From the human T2T-CHM13v2.0 reference genome, Homo sapiens: a stretch of DNA of 64,000 nucleotides. A program made the position numbers and the translations under genes. The notes beneath the pieces were generated by a model that ran no database searches, was not told the DNA's origin, and saw nothing but the letters and a program-made list of their open reading frames with translations. The DNA lies in NCBI RefSeq assembly GCF_009914755.1, contig NC_060934.1; one strand, written 5' to 3'. Below are positions 27,930-41,912 of this stretch, one piece after another (position 1 is the first letter of the stretch; every line of letters starts with the position of its first letter).

Positions 27930-28600
27930 ACCTACTACTAAGTACATATCCAAGGGAAATGAAACCAGTGTATTGAAAAGGTATCTGCATTCTCATGTTT
28001 ATTGCAGCACTATTCACAATAGCCAAGATATGGAACCAACCTAGGTGTCCATCAATTGATAAATGGATAAATAAAATGTGGTATAAATACACAATGGAAT
28101 ACTATTTAGCATAAAAATGAATGATATTCTGTCACTGGTGATGACATGGAGGGACCTGGAGGACATTATATTAAGTGAAATAAGCCAGGCACAAAAAAAC
28201 CAACACTGCATGATCTCACTCAAGTGGAATCTACAAAATGTTGATCTCATAGAAATAGAGAGCAGAAAAGTGGTTACCAGAGGATGGGGAGGACAAGGGG
28301 TGGGGAGATGGAGAGAAGTTGGTCAACAGGTACAAAGTTACAGTTAGATTGGAGGAATCAGTTCTGGTGTTCTATTGCACAATAGAGTGACTATAGTTAA
28401 CAATCATATATTGTATATTTCAAAATAAGAGGATTTTTAATATCTTTACCTCAAACAAATAATAAATGTTTGAGGTAATAGATTTGCTAATCATCCTGAT
28501 TTGATTATTGCACAATGTATACATGTATCAAAACAGCACGCTGTGCCCCATAAATATGTGTGATTATTATATATCAATTACAAATAAAATACATCTTTTA
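27930..28600 (+). mobile_element. L1MA-type 3' end
   Basis: tttattgcagcactattcacaatagccaagatatgg...L1MA-like 3' UTR. Confidence 0.8.
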
Positions 28601-28925
<325 letters not shown>

Positions 28926-28952
28926 CTATAAAAGATAAATATATTTTCTTTA

Positions 28953-29292
<340 letters not shown>

Positions 29293-30525
29293 TCACTCTC
29301 AATTATTCAGTTATAGCAACAGAAAACAGACTAAGACAAATTTACAATAGCATCAAAAAGAATAAAATACCTAGGAATAAATCTAACCAAGAACATGTAC
29401 AACTTGTACACTGAAAACTACAAAAACATTTCTGAAAGAAATTAAAGAATACTTAAAAAAAATTTCCATATTCAAGGATGATTCTTAAGATGGCAATACT
29501 ACTCAAAATTATCTACAGATTCATTATAATTCCTATCAAAATTCCAATGGCCTTTTTTGCAGAAATGGAAAACCTGATCCTAAATTCATATGGAATTAAA
29601 GAGCCCCATATTGACAAAGCAACCTTGAAAAAGAAGAATAAAGTTCAAGGACTCACATTTCCTGATTTGAAAACATACCATGAAACTACAGTAATCAAAA
29701 GATCGTGGTAATGCCAGAAGTGTATACATTTACACCAGTGGAATAGAATTGAGAATCTTAGAAATAAAGATATGTCTGTGGCTAGCTAACTGATTTTTAA
29801 CAAGAGTGTCAAGACTACTCAATGGGTAAAGAATAGTCTCTGCAACAAAGTGTGCTGAGACAACTGGATATTCACATGCAAATGAAGGACATTTGATCCT
29901 TACTTCATACCATATACAAAATTTAACACGAAAATGGATGAAAGACCTATATGTAAGAGCCAAAACTATACAACTCTTAGAAGAAAACATAGGTTAAATC
30001 ATCATGACATTGGATTCACATTAGTTTCTTAGATATGACACCAAAAGCATAAACAACGAAAGAAAAAATAGATAAATTACATTTTATCAAAATTTAAAAT
30101 GTTCATGTTTCAAAGGACACCACCAAGAAAGTGAAGACAGTCCACAGAAGGGGAGAAAATATTTGCAAATTGTATGTCTAATAAAACTCTAGTATCCAGA
30201 ATATATAGAGAACTTCTACAATTCAATAAGAAAAAGACAGACAACCCAATTTTCAAATGGGCAAAGGACTTGAATACACATTTCTCCGAAGAATACATAC
30301 AAATAGCCAATGGGCACATCAAAAGATGCTCAACACCATTAGTCATTAGGGAAACGCAAATCAAAACCACAAAATGGCACCACTTCACACCCACTACAGT
30401 GAGTACAATTTTTTTTAAACTAGAAAATAATAAGTGTTGGTAAGGATGTGGAGAAAATTGGAACACACGTGCATTACTGGTGGGAATGTAAAGGGTACAG
30501 CTGCTGTGGAAAACAGTTTGGTAGT

Positions 30526-31181
30526 TGTGGACAAAAGGTTAAATATTAAATTTAAACTGAATTGAACGTGGACACAAACAATGGTCACCAAGTCCCAGAA
30601 CAGGTTGTGTGAGCCCCTTGAGGCATTCACCCAGCACTGTTTTGGACAAATCTCTATTTCAATCTATTCCTATATGTTAGTTATTGAAAAACAACAGACA
30701 ATCCCCAAAACAAGTTGACCTTTTTGTGTTCCTTAATCCCAGTCATGAAGGTCCCTCGTGACTGGACCTCAGGCCAAACAACTCATTACAAAAAGACCTA
30801 GGGTCCCAGACCGTGCCAAAGCTTCATGAGACCTTTCCTCATCAGTGCACAGACAAGTGGCTGACTCTGGAGCCCAGGCTGCTGCTTCCCAGTCTGGTGG
30901 TGAAACCTCCATAGTCTGGTGAGTGTAGTGGCCAACTCTGGAACCCAGGCTGTTGCTTTGCGGTCTGGTGATGAATTCCCGATAGTCTACTGAGTGTAAA
31001 TATGTATATATCTTTTCCCTTCTCCCCTTCCCATTGCAATTTGCTTATTATATCAATTTGCTTATTATATCATTTTCTTATTATATCTGCATTGCCATTT
31101 ACGTGGGAGAAAGGTCGTTTACCCTTAAAGGTATTGTGTGTGTGTCTTTTCTTCTCCCCTTGCGTGTTTCCACACAGAACA
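30526..31181 (+). mobile_element. Solo ERV LTR (possibly LTR18-like) inserted in L1
   Basis: TG...CA ends; 5-bp TSD gtagt/gtggt; L1 sequence continues across the insertion; family assignment uncertain. Confidence 0.7.
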
Positions 31182-31520
31182 GTGGTTCCTCAAAAATTCA
31201 AATACAGAATTCCATATGACCTAGCAATTCAAATTCTAGTTATATACCCCAAAGAATTGAAACTGGTACTTAAACAAATACTTGTACACTAATATTCATA
31301 GCAGTACTACTTGCAATGGCAAAAGGTGGGAACAACCTAAATGTCCATCAATGGATGATAGATAAACAAGCAGTGGGGAGGGGGGATAGAGAGTGACAGT
31401 CTAATAGATACAAAGTTTTCTTTGGGGGTGATAAAAATATTTTGCCATGTTATAGAGGTGTTGGTTACATAATATTACAAACATACTAAATGTCATTTTT
31501 AAATGGTTTCTTTTATATTA

Positions 31521-31856
<336 letters not shown>

Positions 31857-32196
31857 TTAAAATTTGATTATATATTTTCTAAAAGATCTACTCTTTTGCT
31901 GTGTGGAGAGTTGCATTAGTCAGGATAAGATAGTTTTGGTGCAGTGTGATGAAATCAGGATATTAGTTTTGGACATTTAAATTTGAAATGTTATAAGCTA
32001 TCATAGTGTAGCTGTTGAATAGAAAGCTGAATATACATGTGTTGGAGTTCAAGAGACAGTCAGTCTGCAGAAAAAAATCAGGAATCACAGCATTTAGATA
32101 GTGTTTAAAGGTATAGGATTAGGTGAGATCGACACTGATAGTGAAAATAGGCTGTTGTTATGAGGTCATCTTGAGTCACTTTTGGTAATTTGTATG

Positions 32197-32585
32197 CATA
32201 TTAGTCCATTCTCACACTGCTATAAAGACATACCTTAGACTGGGTAATTTATATAAAGAAAAAGATGTTTAATTGGCTCACTGTTCTGCAGGTCTGTACA
32301 GGCTTCTGTTTCTTGGGAGGCCTCAGGAAACTTACAATCATGGAAGAGGCAAAGGGGAAGCAGGCGCATATTCACATGGCTGGCAGGAAGGAGAGAGCAA
32401 TGGGGGAAGTGCTACACACTTTCAAACAAGCAGATCTTGTGAGAACTGTATCACGAGGCGGCACTAAGGGGATGGCGCTAAACCATTAGAAGCCACCCTC
32501 ATGATCCCACCAGGCCCCACCTCCAACAATCAGGATTACAATTCAACATGAGATTTGGGTGGGGACACAGAGCCAAACCATATCA
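32197..32585 (-). mobile_element. MST-family MaLR LTR
   Basis: attagtccattctcacactgctataaag...gagccaaaccatatca; 5-bp TSD GTATG. Confidence 0.88.
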
Positions 32586-32589
32586 GTAT

Positions 32590-33900
32590 GTGTCCCTTTC
32601 ATATGGGTTATCTAATTTATAGGTGCACAATTATTCATAGTATTCTGTTATAATCCTTTTTACTTCTGTAAAGCAGTAGTAATGTATCCATTTTCGTTAC
32701 TGATTTTAGTTATTTGCATCTTTTCCTTTTTATTTTCTTAGTCTAGCTAAAGGTTTGTCAATTTTGTTGCTCTTTTCAAATAATCAGTTTTTTGTTGTGT
32801 TGATTCTCTCTATTGTGTTTCTAGTCTCTATTTCATTTGTCTCTGCTCTATATTTATTATTTCATTCCTTCTGTGAGCTTTGGGTTTGGTTTGCTCTGAT
32901 TTTTCTAGTTATTTAATATATTACAGTTAAGTTGCTGAGCTCTCTCTGAGTGCTGTTTTTGCTGTATCCCCTACATTTTAGTATGTTGTGTTGATGTTTT
33001 CATCCATCTCTAAGTATTTTCTATTCCTCATACTTTGGAGGTATCTATTGGTTAAGAGTGTGTTGTTTAGTTTACACATATTTATAAACTTTTCAGTTTT
33101 CCTTCTGCTATTGATTTTTAGTTTTATTCCATTGTGGTCAAAGAAGATATTTTGTATGATTTCAAGCTTTTTAACTTATTGAGTTGCTTTATTACCTAAC
33201 ATGTTCTATTCTGGAGCGCAGTCAAGTGCACTTGAAAAGAATGTGTATTCTTCTGTTGTTGGGTAGAGTGTTCTGTAGATGTATGTTAAGTCTAGTTAGA
33301 TCTTTAGTGTTGCTGAAGTCCTCTATTTAATTATAGTTTTCTATTCATTATTTAAAGTAAGTATTCGAAGTCTCCAGCTATTATTATGGAAATATTTTGC
33401 TTTTTAATTCTGTTAATGTCTGCTTCATTTAATTTAGGGTTCTCTTGATTAATGTGCATATGTTTATAATTGTTATATCTTCTTGATTAATTGACCCCTT
33501 TATCAATGCACAATGACTTTCTTTGTCCCTTGTAATGATTTTTGACTTAAAGACTATTTTTTTCTGATATTAGTGTAGCCATCCTAGCTTTGTTTTGGTT
33601 ATTATTTGCATAGAATATCTTTCTCTATCTTCCCATGTTCAACTCACTTGTGTCTTTTGATCTAAAGTGAGTTTTCCATATACAGCCTTCAGTTGGATTG
33701 TTTTCTTAATTCATTCTGCCAATCTCTGCCTTTTGATTGGAGAGTTTAATAAATTTACATTTAAAGTTATTACTGATAAGAAAGGACTTATTTCAGCCAT
33801 TTTACCATTTTTTCTGCATGTTTTACACTGCATGTTTTTACATGTTTCTACATGTTTCTTCTGTTTAGTTTATTTTTTGGAGTGTACCTCTTTGATTCCT
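32590..33900 (-). mobile_element. Old L1M fragment (antisense ORF2 endonuclease region)
   Basis: T-rich antisense L1 motifs (ctagctaaaggtttgtcaattttgttg; gaatgtgtattct). Confidence 0.8.
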
Positions 33901-34042
33901 TTCTCATTTTTTTCTGTAATATATATTATATATATTAATTTCTGTAATATATATTCTGTTATATATTATATATATTACAGAAAAGTAAGATATATATTAT
34001 ATATTACAGAAAAGTAAGATATATATTATATATCTATTACTT

Positions 34043-34123
34043 TTGCATCAACTGGTGCTATTCCACTTCTGGAACTAGAAGTCCCATATAGTTCCAGAAG
34101 TGGAATAGCACCAGTTGGTGCAA
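34043..34123. repeat. Near-perfect inverted repeat (35-bp stem, 11-nt loop)
   Basis: 34049-34077 is the exact reverse complement of 34089-34117; the stem extends by one G:T pair plus ttgca/tgcaa. Confidence 0.97.
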
Positions 34124-34755
34124 GCTCATAGTAACAGCCATGGGTTTGAGCAGGCACTGCATGATACAGATGGGAACCTGTGGGGTCTAGGAAGTTGGGC
34201 TGCTGCGAGGCAGTGAGGAGGATAACATTCATTCCTGACTGTTCCTGCCTCACCCCACCCAGTCCTTCCCCACTGGGTGCTCATGACCCCACAAAAGAAG
34301 GTAGATTACAAAAAGGGACATTTTTCAGGCTTTGAGTCTCAAAGCCTAAGAAGGCCCTTAGATTCTGCCTGCCACCATCAGGTGGAGCTTCACAGGGGAG
34401 GGACTCACTGAAAGATAATCCTTGACAGACGAATAGGATTTCATGGACAAGAAAAACATGGTGGATAAGAATAAGGATTCCACCACCTCTCCTTACTTCA
34501 CCACCAGCCTCCCATCAATCAGGACCCCATTACCAAGGCTAACAGGAAAAAGAGGAGTTGGGGGGAACAACGAGAGAGTAGATTTGAGCAGATCCCAAAG
34601 AGGGGGTCCTGCAAGTTGCTCGCAGGCTGAGACTGAGGGAAACATAAGAATACAGGTAAGTGTGTTGGGTCTCTGAGCAGAGGCAAGCTAAGCCTGTATC
34701 CAGGTAAGACTCTGGAGATGTAGCAGGGGTGTTCTCAAGAGAAATGATCACATCA

Positions 34756-35047
34756 GGCTGGGCATCGTGGCTCATGCCTGTAATCCCAGCACTTTGGGAG
34801 GCCGAGGCAGGCAGATCACTTGAGGTTAGGAGTTCGAGACCAGCCTGGCCAACATGGCAAAATGGCGTCACTACTAAAAATACAAAAATTAGCCAGGCAT
34901 GGTGGTGCGCGCCTGTAGTTCTAGTTACTCGGGAGGCTGAGGTATGAGAATTGCTTGAACTCGGGAGGCAGAAGTTGCAGTGAGCCAAGATTGCACCACT
35001 GCACTCAAGCCTGGGTGACAGAGTGAGACCCTGTCAAAAAAAAAAAG
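34756..35047 (+). mobile_element. AluS element
   Basis: Full Alu. Confidence 0.94.
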
Positions 35048-35248
35048 AAAGGAAAGAAGGAAGGAAGGAAAGAAAAAAAAGAGAGAAAGAAAGAGAGAGG
35101 GAAAGAGGGAGAGAGGGAGGGAGGGAGGGAAGGAGGAAGGAAGGAAGGAAGGAAGGGAGGGAGGGAGGGAGGGAGGGAAGGAGGAAGGAAGGAAGGAAGG
35201 GAGGGATGGAGGGAGGGAGGGAGGGAGGGAGGGAGGAAGGAAGGAAGG
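35036..35248. repeat. Purine-rich (GGAA/GGGA/GA)n tract grown from the Alu tail
   Basis: ~210 nt almost purine-only. Confidence 0.95.
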
Positions 35249-37125
35249 GTTGCATTGGACGTCTAAGCAGAGGGAATCTTAGGCAATCTCTCAACAGAAG
35301 AATTCCTGAGAGCCAAAATCAGCCCAGAAGGGGCAGGAAGGTAGCCAGCCAGACCCTAAGAGGTCATGAGGTCACACAACAGGGATGAAGGATGCCACCC
35401 TCCCCACTCCATGACATGCACAGACAAATGATACCAAGAAGCAGAAGCCCTCTCTTCTCCAAATTCCAGCCTCAGCTATAAGGGAAGAGAGAAGGTCCTG
35501 TGTTGGCCAAGATTAGGATTCTTGCACTTCATCAGAGTGGGGGTTGGAATTAGAATAAAAAGGATTTCTATTTCCTGCATGCCTGAGTAGTGGCTACAAT
35601 TTCTGCTCATTGCTGTAGAATGCAAGACAGGTAGTAGAGGCAGATGTGAGAGGGTGGAGACAGGATGTGCACTGGAGAGAAAGACATGGCGGGGCAGACA
35701 GCACCAGTCTTCCAGACTCCGCGACCAGTGCCTCCCCAGAGTTATGCACCTCTCAAGGTTCCCACAGCCTGTTGGGGTGGGGTGAGGCAGGTAGGGATGC
35801 TCCGAGCATCTGTCAGGCTGGCATCTGGTCTCAGCTCTGAGTTGCAGAACGAGAGAGCTGCTGCCAAGACCCCCTTTTTGTTTCTTTTTTCACCTTTCCT
35901 TGACTCAACAGCAAATGAATGGATCAATGCAGTGAAATAACCAGGAAGTGACCACTCCTGGCTCATCTATCCGTTCATTCAAGGAACTGTGTCCCAGGCA
36001 GCAGTGTAGGGAGGTGCTGATTCTGCCTGGCACCACCAGGGGGAGCTTCACAGAGGAGGGATTCATTGAAAGGGGAACCTTGAAAGGTGAACAGGATTTC
36101 ATGGACGAGACAGAGTAGGGTGAGTGGCTCTACATCCAGACACATGAGGAAAGGCTGTTGGGTCTGGAATCTGGACAGAAGGGCCATGGCCCATTTTCCT
36201 CTGTGTTCCCATCACCCAGTAGAGAAATCGACGGAAGGAGGACAGATGGTCAGACAGATAAATGGGTAAAGGAGTCAGTGGAGGGATGGCTGCACTATGG
36301 CTATTTCAAGCAAGGTGGAAAAGACTCAAGAAACACAAGAAGCAAGTTAAAGTCTCTAATACAGTCAGCCTAGGTGCCAACTCAACCTCATTTCAAGCTT
36401 GCCCCTCTGTGTGCAATGCCCCGCTCCATGGCTCAGTGTGATGAGCTCCAGCTGAGGCCGAGAGCCAGCGTGGTGTGGTGGACGCACAGGCCTCAGCTCA
36501 GCCCAGCCTCCCCTCCACCCCTTGCATCATCACACCCAGCCCTGCTCAACTCCGCATGGGTCTTGAACCGGCAGACTCCTTTCATATGGGCTGTCCCTCC
36601 TCCTGGAAAATCACTACCCTCTCCATGTCCACTGAACTCTGATTTACTCTTAGATCCATTTGGGGACCCAAAAGGGAGTCTACACTATATTGTATGGGTG
36701 ACCCTCCCTACCACTGCCCAGCTGTTAGGGGATTGCTTCTCTGCCTTTGTAGCTGTTCTCTACTCTCCCCTCGAGAACATGCGGGGTTATTCTACTTTTC
36801 TGGGGATATTCGGCTTAGCCATAGTTCCTTGGGAAACCTTCCCTGATTCTCCCACACTGGAGGAGTTGCTACTTCCTGGGTGCTCAAAGAACAACCTGCA
36901 TTTCCCACATTCAAGTGTCTATCCCACCACACCCAAGTCACATCACTCTGAGTGGCATGGCCAGGATCTGGACAGCAGCCGGTCTGAGATGAGGGCCCAG
37001 GCACTCAGCGAGTGACAGTGCTCTCTGCCTTATCTCCAAGGACCAACAGGGAGCAGGGGGCTGTATTGTCAGCTGCCCCACAGTCATCCTGCACACAAGC
37101 AACCTCTAGCCCAGTGGCTTACAGC

Positions 37126-37215
37126 AGGCTACAGTAAGCTGAGATCACGCCACTGTACTCCAGGCTGGGCAACAGAGTGAGACTCCATATCAAAAAAAAA
37201 AAGAAGAAAAAATAA
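37126..37215 (+). mobile_element. Alu 3' fragment
   Basis: gagatcacgccactgtactccaggctgggcaacagagtgagactcc plus polyA. Confidence 0.85.
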
Positions 37216-37549
37216 ATAATCAGTACAAAATACAATAGGTAAATAATCACAGATAAAATTTTTAATTGACTAAACCATGGATAAAGTAATAGTTCATAAA
37301 GAAAACTTGCAGAGGCAGGAGTTACATTGGCAAAATTTGACAAGAAGTTTTAAGGCCCAATGGATAAATCAAATCTTCATTGAGAGACCTATAAGAAAGG
37401 TAATTTATCCCAGTGAAGATACTTTCAGTGAAATAAAAATTAAAATGAACAACCAGATGAATGAACGAAATTGAGGCAAACCCGAGAAAGAGCACATCAT
37501 TCTCAGGAGTGACCAGATGGTGGCAGCAAACACCAGTGATGGAATCAGC

Positions 37550-37752
37550 CCAGCCAAGGTTCTGGAAGTGTGGTCTTCCCACTAGTACCGGAAAGTGTAG
37601 AATCATCCCAGGCAAGGACAAACAACACGCTGCTGCGAACGTGTTAGAAAGGCAAATCCCTAACCCACTGAATCAGTAACTGCTAGGAATGAGGCCCAGC
37701 AATCTGCATTTTGAGAAGCTCTCCAGGTGATTCTGGTGCACACTCAGGTTTA
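37550..37752. mobile_element. MER5-like hAT MITE
   Basis: actgaatcag...cccagcaatctgcatttt...ctccaggtgattctg. Confidence 0.65.
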
Positions 37753-39949
37753 CCCCAAGAGCAGTTAAACCCTGCAGCCAAGCACAGGGCTATTTTCTCC
37801 AACATTAGCAGGTGCTACTCGAGGAGTCGATTATGTGTTTATTTTACCAAACAGTTTCTGCCTAGCCACTAAACTGCTTTTTTTGAAAGAAACAAAATGC
37901 AGGCAGCTCTCTGTGAGACTCAGGTGCCTGCTGCAGTCAACCTTGAGTCCAGTCTGAAACAGGGACGGGGGTGGTCTGAGCCCTGTGTCTGCAAGAATAG
38001 CCCTGAGGCTGGCCACCCTTGCCCCAGCTGTCCTGCTGGCCTGAGCACTGTGGCCGCCGTCTCCACCTGTCTCCTCCTTTCCTGCCTCTTGCTTCTCACA
38101 CTGATTCCCTGGAGCTGCTGGTTTTCTGTTGGTCTTGTGTCTCCTCTTGGGAAGAGACCCTATAATCTACCCTGGGGAATGGGGTTTGCATTTCTGGCTG
38201 TTGGCTCCTCCCAGCCCCGGAACTGGAGGTCAAACGTTATGCACCACAGAGCTCTCTTTCCATGGGTCCCCAGCTGATAAATTAGAGGAAAAACCCAAAC
38301 CGGGCCCTCCTACTCCACCAGCTCTGTCCTCGTTCCTCCCACAAAAGGCCGAGTGATACCCTCAGTCACACCCCATGAGGGTGTTCCACCTGGGGTGCCT
38401 GGAGGGAGGTGAAGAGATGATGACATGACCCCCAAAGCCTTAGAACAGAAGTCTGGATACAGCAGCTGACAGAGCATGGTCTGTGGAGGAGAACAGATCT
38501 GGCCCAGTCTCAGTCCATCACTTCCTGCAGGGTTCATCCAAGTCACCAAACGTCACCGAGACTCCATTGCTATTGAGGCCTCAGTTTGCAAATCTTTGAA
38601 ATGAAGCCAAACCTACATTTCTCACAGTTCACTAAACGAGCAAGCATGTAAATGCCCAGCACAGCGAGTCACACATGGTAGGGCCCCCGTACATGGACAT
38701 CCTTCCCTTCCCTCAGGAAGCAGTGAGTTTCCTGTGCCTCGCAGTTTAGGAGCAGAAAGGGCCTCCCATTTTGTCAGAAACATTGTGGAGCATAGATTAC
38801 AAACTCAAATGGCTATAGGATGCAGGAGAATCACAGAAACCAGTGCAGTAGCTGGATGGGGCCCGTGAGAAACGGGAGGGTGTGTGCTGGGTCTAAAGGG
38901 ATCAGCGGGGCAGTTACCGGGCTAGTATGGGGCCTAGAGTCACCAGACTTTCTTGTTTTTCAAGAGAAGCTGGAAACATGTATGTGGGTGTGAAGCCCTG
39001 GCTACAGCCCGCCACTTCTGTTCTACTCAACTGTAGCAGAGGGGACCCAGGCCCAGGTCCCTCCTGCTGTGGCCTGTTGCAGCTGGCACCTGCGAGTCTC
39101 CTGGGCTTTGCAGCTTGACTCCAGCACCACTTACAAGAGATCTAGGAGCCTCTTCTCCATCTGTAAAAGGGAGCTACTCATCGTATTGACTTCACCAGTG
39201 CAATGGCAGTTGTGAAAGGGTTTTGAGACTGCATCCATAGTGGGGTGTTCCTGTCAACCAGGGAGAGCAAAGCACATCTAATAAGGACTCCCAGGGAGGC
39301 ACCATTAGAGCCCAACACAGTCAGGTTTGTTACCTTGATGCAATGAGAGAGACTGCACAGTGCACACCCGGGAGCATGGGGCATCCCCCAAGAGGAGTAA
39401 CAGGCGACTACAGGATGGGGGAAGGGTGGAGCACAGGGACAGATTTACATAAAACAGGGCTGTAGGGAAGGGCTCTGCTGAGAGATGGACCTTGGCTCCT
39501 GTGCCCCTGGAAGCTACAAAGTTAAGATCAATGTGGCAGATTGTGTCTGAGGTCCCTTACCTGGAGTTCTGCAGCCGGGTTGGAAATGGAGGCTGTTTCT
39601 CTGAGCCACAGTGAGCCCCTGACTTGGGTCCTCCAGAGACTACTGGGAGGTCCCATTCTCACTTAGGATTCCAAGCAGCCCAGTGTCTGGCTGTCTAAGA
39701 TTTCAGAGAAAAAGGTTTCTCAGCACCTCATCTTCTGTGGTTCTACAGATGTGGGGTCCTAACAACAGTAGGTGCCCCTCCAGCGCCGTCCAGGTTCCCC
39801 TCTCAAAGTTGCATGCAGCCAGCCCAGCCCACTCCCTCCTGCTCCTGCTGCTGTGGGCAGCCACCCATCTCTATTCCCCACTTCCTCAAATGTGCCCTCC
39901 ACCTCTGTGCTTTCCTGGATCCTGGATCTCCTTTTCTGTGTTTCTTTGT

Positions 39950-40125
39950 TTTGTTGTGTTGCTTTTTGTTTTTCAGAGACAGGGTCTGTCTCTGGAGTGC
40001 AGTGGCTGGAGTGCAATGGCACGATCCTAGCACACCACAGCCTCAACCTCCTGACCTCAAGTGATCTGCCCACCTCAGCCTCCCAAAGTGCTGGGATTAC
40101 AGGCATGAACCACTGTACCTGGCCA
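39950..40125 (-). mobile_element. Partial Alu (internally deleted)
   Basis: gagacagggtct...ctcctgacctcaagtgatctgcccacctcagcctcccaaagtgctgggattacaggc. Confidence 0.85.
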
Positions 40126-41635
40126 GGATCCTGGCTTTCTCTGGGGACACCATCCCTTTCCTGCCCTCCCTCTGGGTTAATTCAATAGCCCCTCCAGGGC
40201 CTCTGAGTACCAGCATCTGCCACCTCCAGGTCCCCATCAGAGGTGACCATGTATCCCGGGTTGGCTACATGTCATGGAATGGATGGTCACCCAGCTCCAG
40301 TGGAAGCAGAAAACACCCAGAGACCTCCTCTGCATTAAAGCGTGGGTCTCTGGGCATGCTTCTCCCTCCTCTCCCCCCTTCCTGAGACCAGCAGAGTGTC
40401 AGACACCGGAAGCGTCCCCATCTCTTCTCCCATCCTCCTGCAGGGTCCTCAGGCCCTGCCCCACTCCAGCCAGCAGCAGGTGCTAGGCCCGCATGACCAG
40501 ACTCCCTCTTCTTTCCAGCTGACATCCAGCTGTTTCCTCACCCACCCCCACTTTGTTCCCTCCCCACATGTACCCTCATGCGGCATCCATTCCAGGGAGG
40601 GGGTACAGAGAGTAAACATAGTCCATAAACAATGTCACACATCAGATGGGGAGACACGCTGGAAAAAACTAAAGCATCCAAGGGGGCTAAGAAGTGCTGG
40701 TATGCGGTTTTAGACAAGGCCATCCTGGAAGCCTTCATTAACGAGGACGGATGGCAGGGAGGTGAGGGAAAGAGACAGCAGATGGGTTCCCTTCCAGGCA
40801 GAGGAAGGGCCCAGGCAAAGGACCAGAGGTGGACAGTGGGGTATGCTGAGGAGACACTGGGAGAAGTGAGGGCAGGGCAGGGCAGGGCCTGGGAGGGAGG
40901 GACGGCACTGCCAACCATCACAGGGCCATCACTAAACAGGTTGGCTGGGATCCCACGTTAGCTTGTTGGTGTTGTAAAGGTGATTACCTTAAAGAGGCCC
41001 CATTCACAGTGGGTGAGGTGGAGCCCAGCGTCATGCTTTTAGAGGACATTTGGCTTTCTGCACTAAGAAGTATAAAAATGGTCCTACCTCTACCTTTAGG
41101 ACCAGTCATTACGCATCTGGGACTGTATCCTTACGAAAAAGCCCAAACATCAGATCCCTCAGCTTGATCCCTTTCATTAGCCATGGGAAGGCAGGTGGCT
41201 TCCTGGGCCTGGCACACTTCCTCTCTAGTCCCCAAGGCTCTGCAGTCCTACGTCCCCCTCCCCACACCTGGTCTCCCATCTGGACCTGAACTGCCTGCCT
41301 GGGGTGTGGCCTAGATCTGTCCCCACCAATGCAGGAAAAAATCGTCGTCCTCACCCTTCTGTCCTAAATGCCCTCTGCCAGATGCTTCTCAGACATCCCT
41401 TCTAATGGGCTCTAAAGATGGGCCTGTCTGACATAGGAGAGGGGACAACTTGGGCCAGCCTCTCCCTCCTGCCACGAGTAACAGGTCCTGTCTGGAAGTT
41501 CTCATGTGGGTACAGCCTGGCCCCCGTGCCTGGTCAGTGTGTCCCACCCGTCACCATAGATGGCTGAACAAGACTACTCAGGGCCAGGCCTGGCCCTGCT
41601 GGTCTCCTTCCAGCCACCAGGGAAAGGACAGAGTC

Positions 41636-41912
<277 letters not shown>

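Noticed and set aside
36374-37015. 213-aa ORF
   Set aside because: GTG start, no domain or splice support
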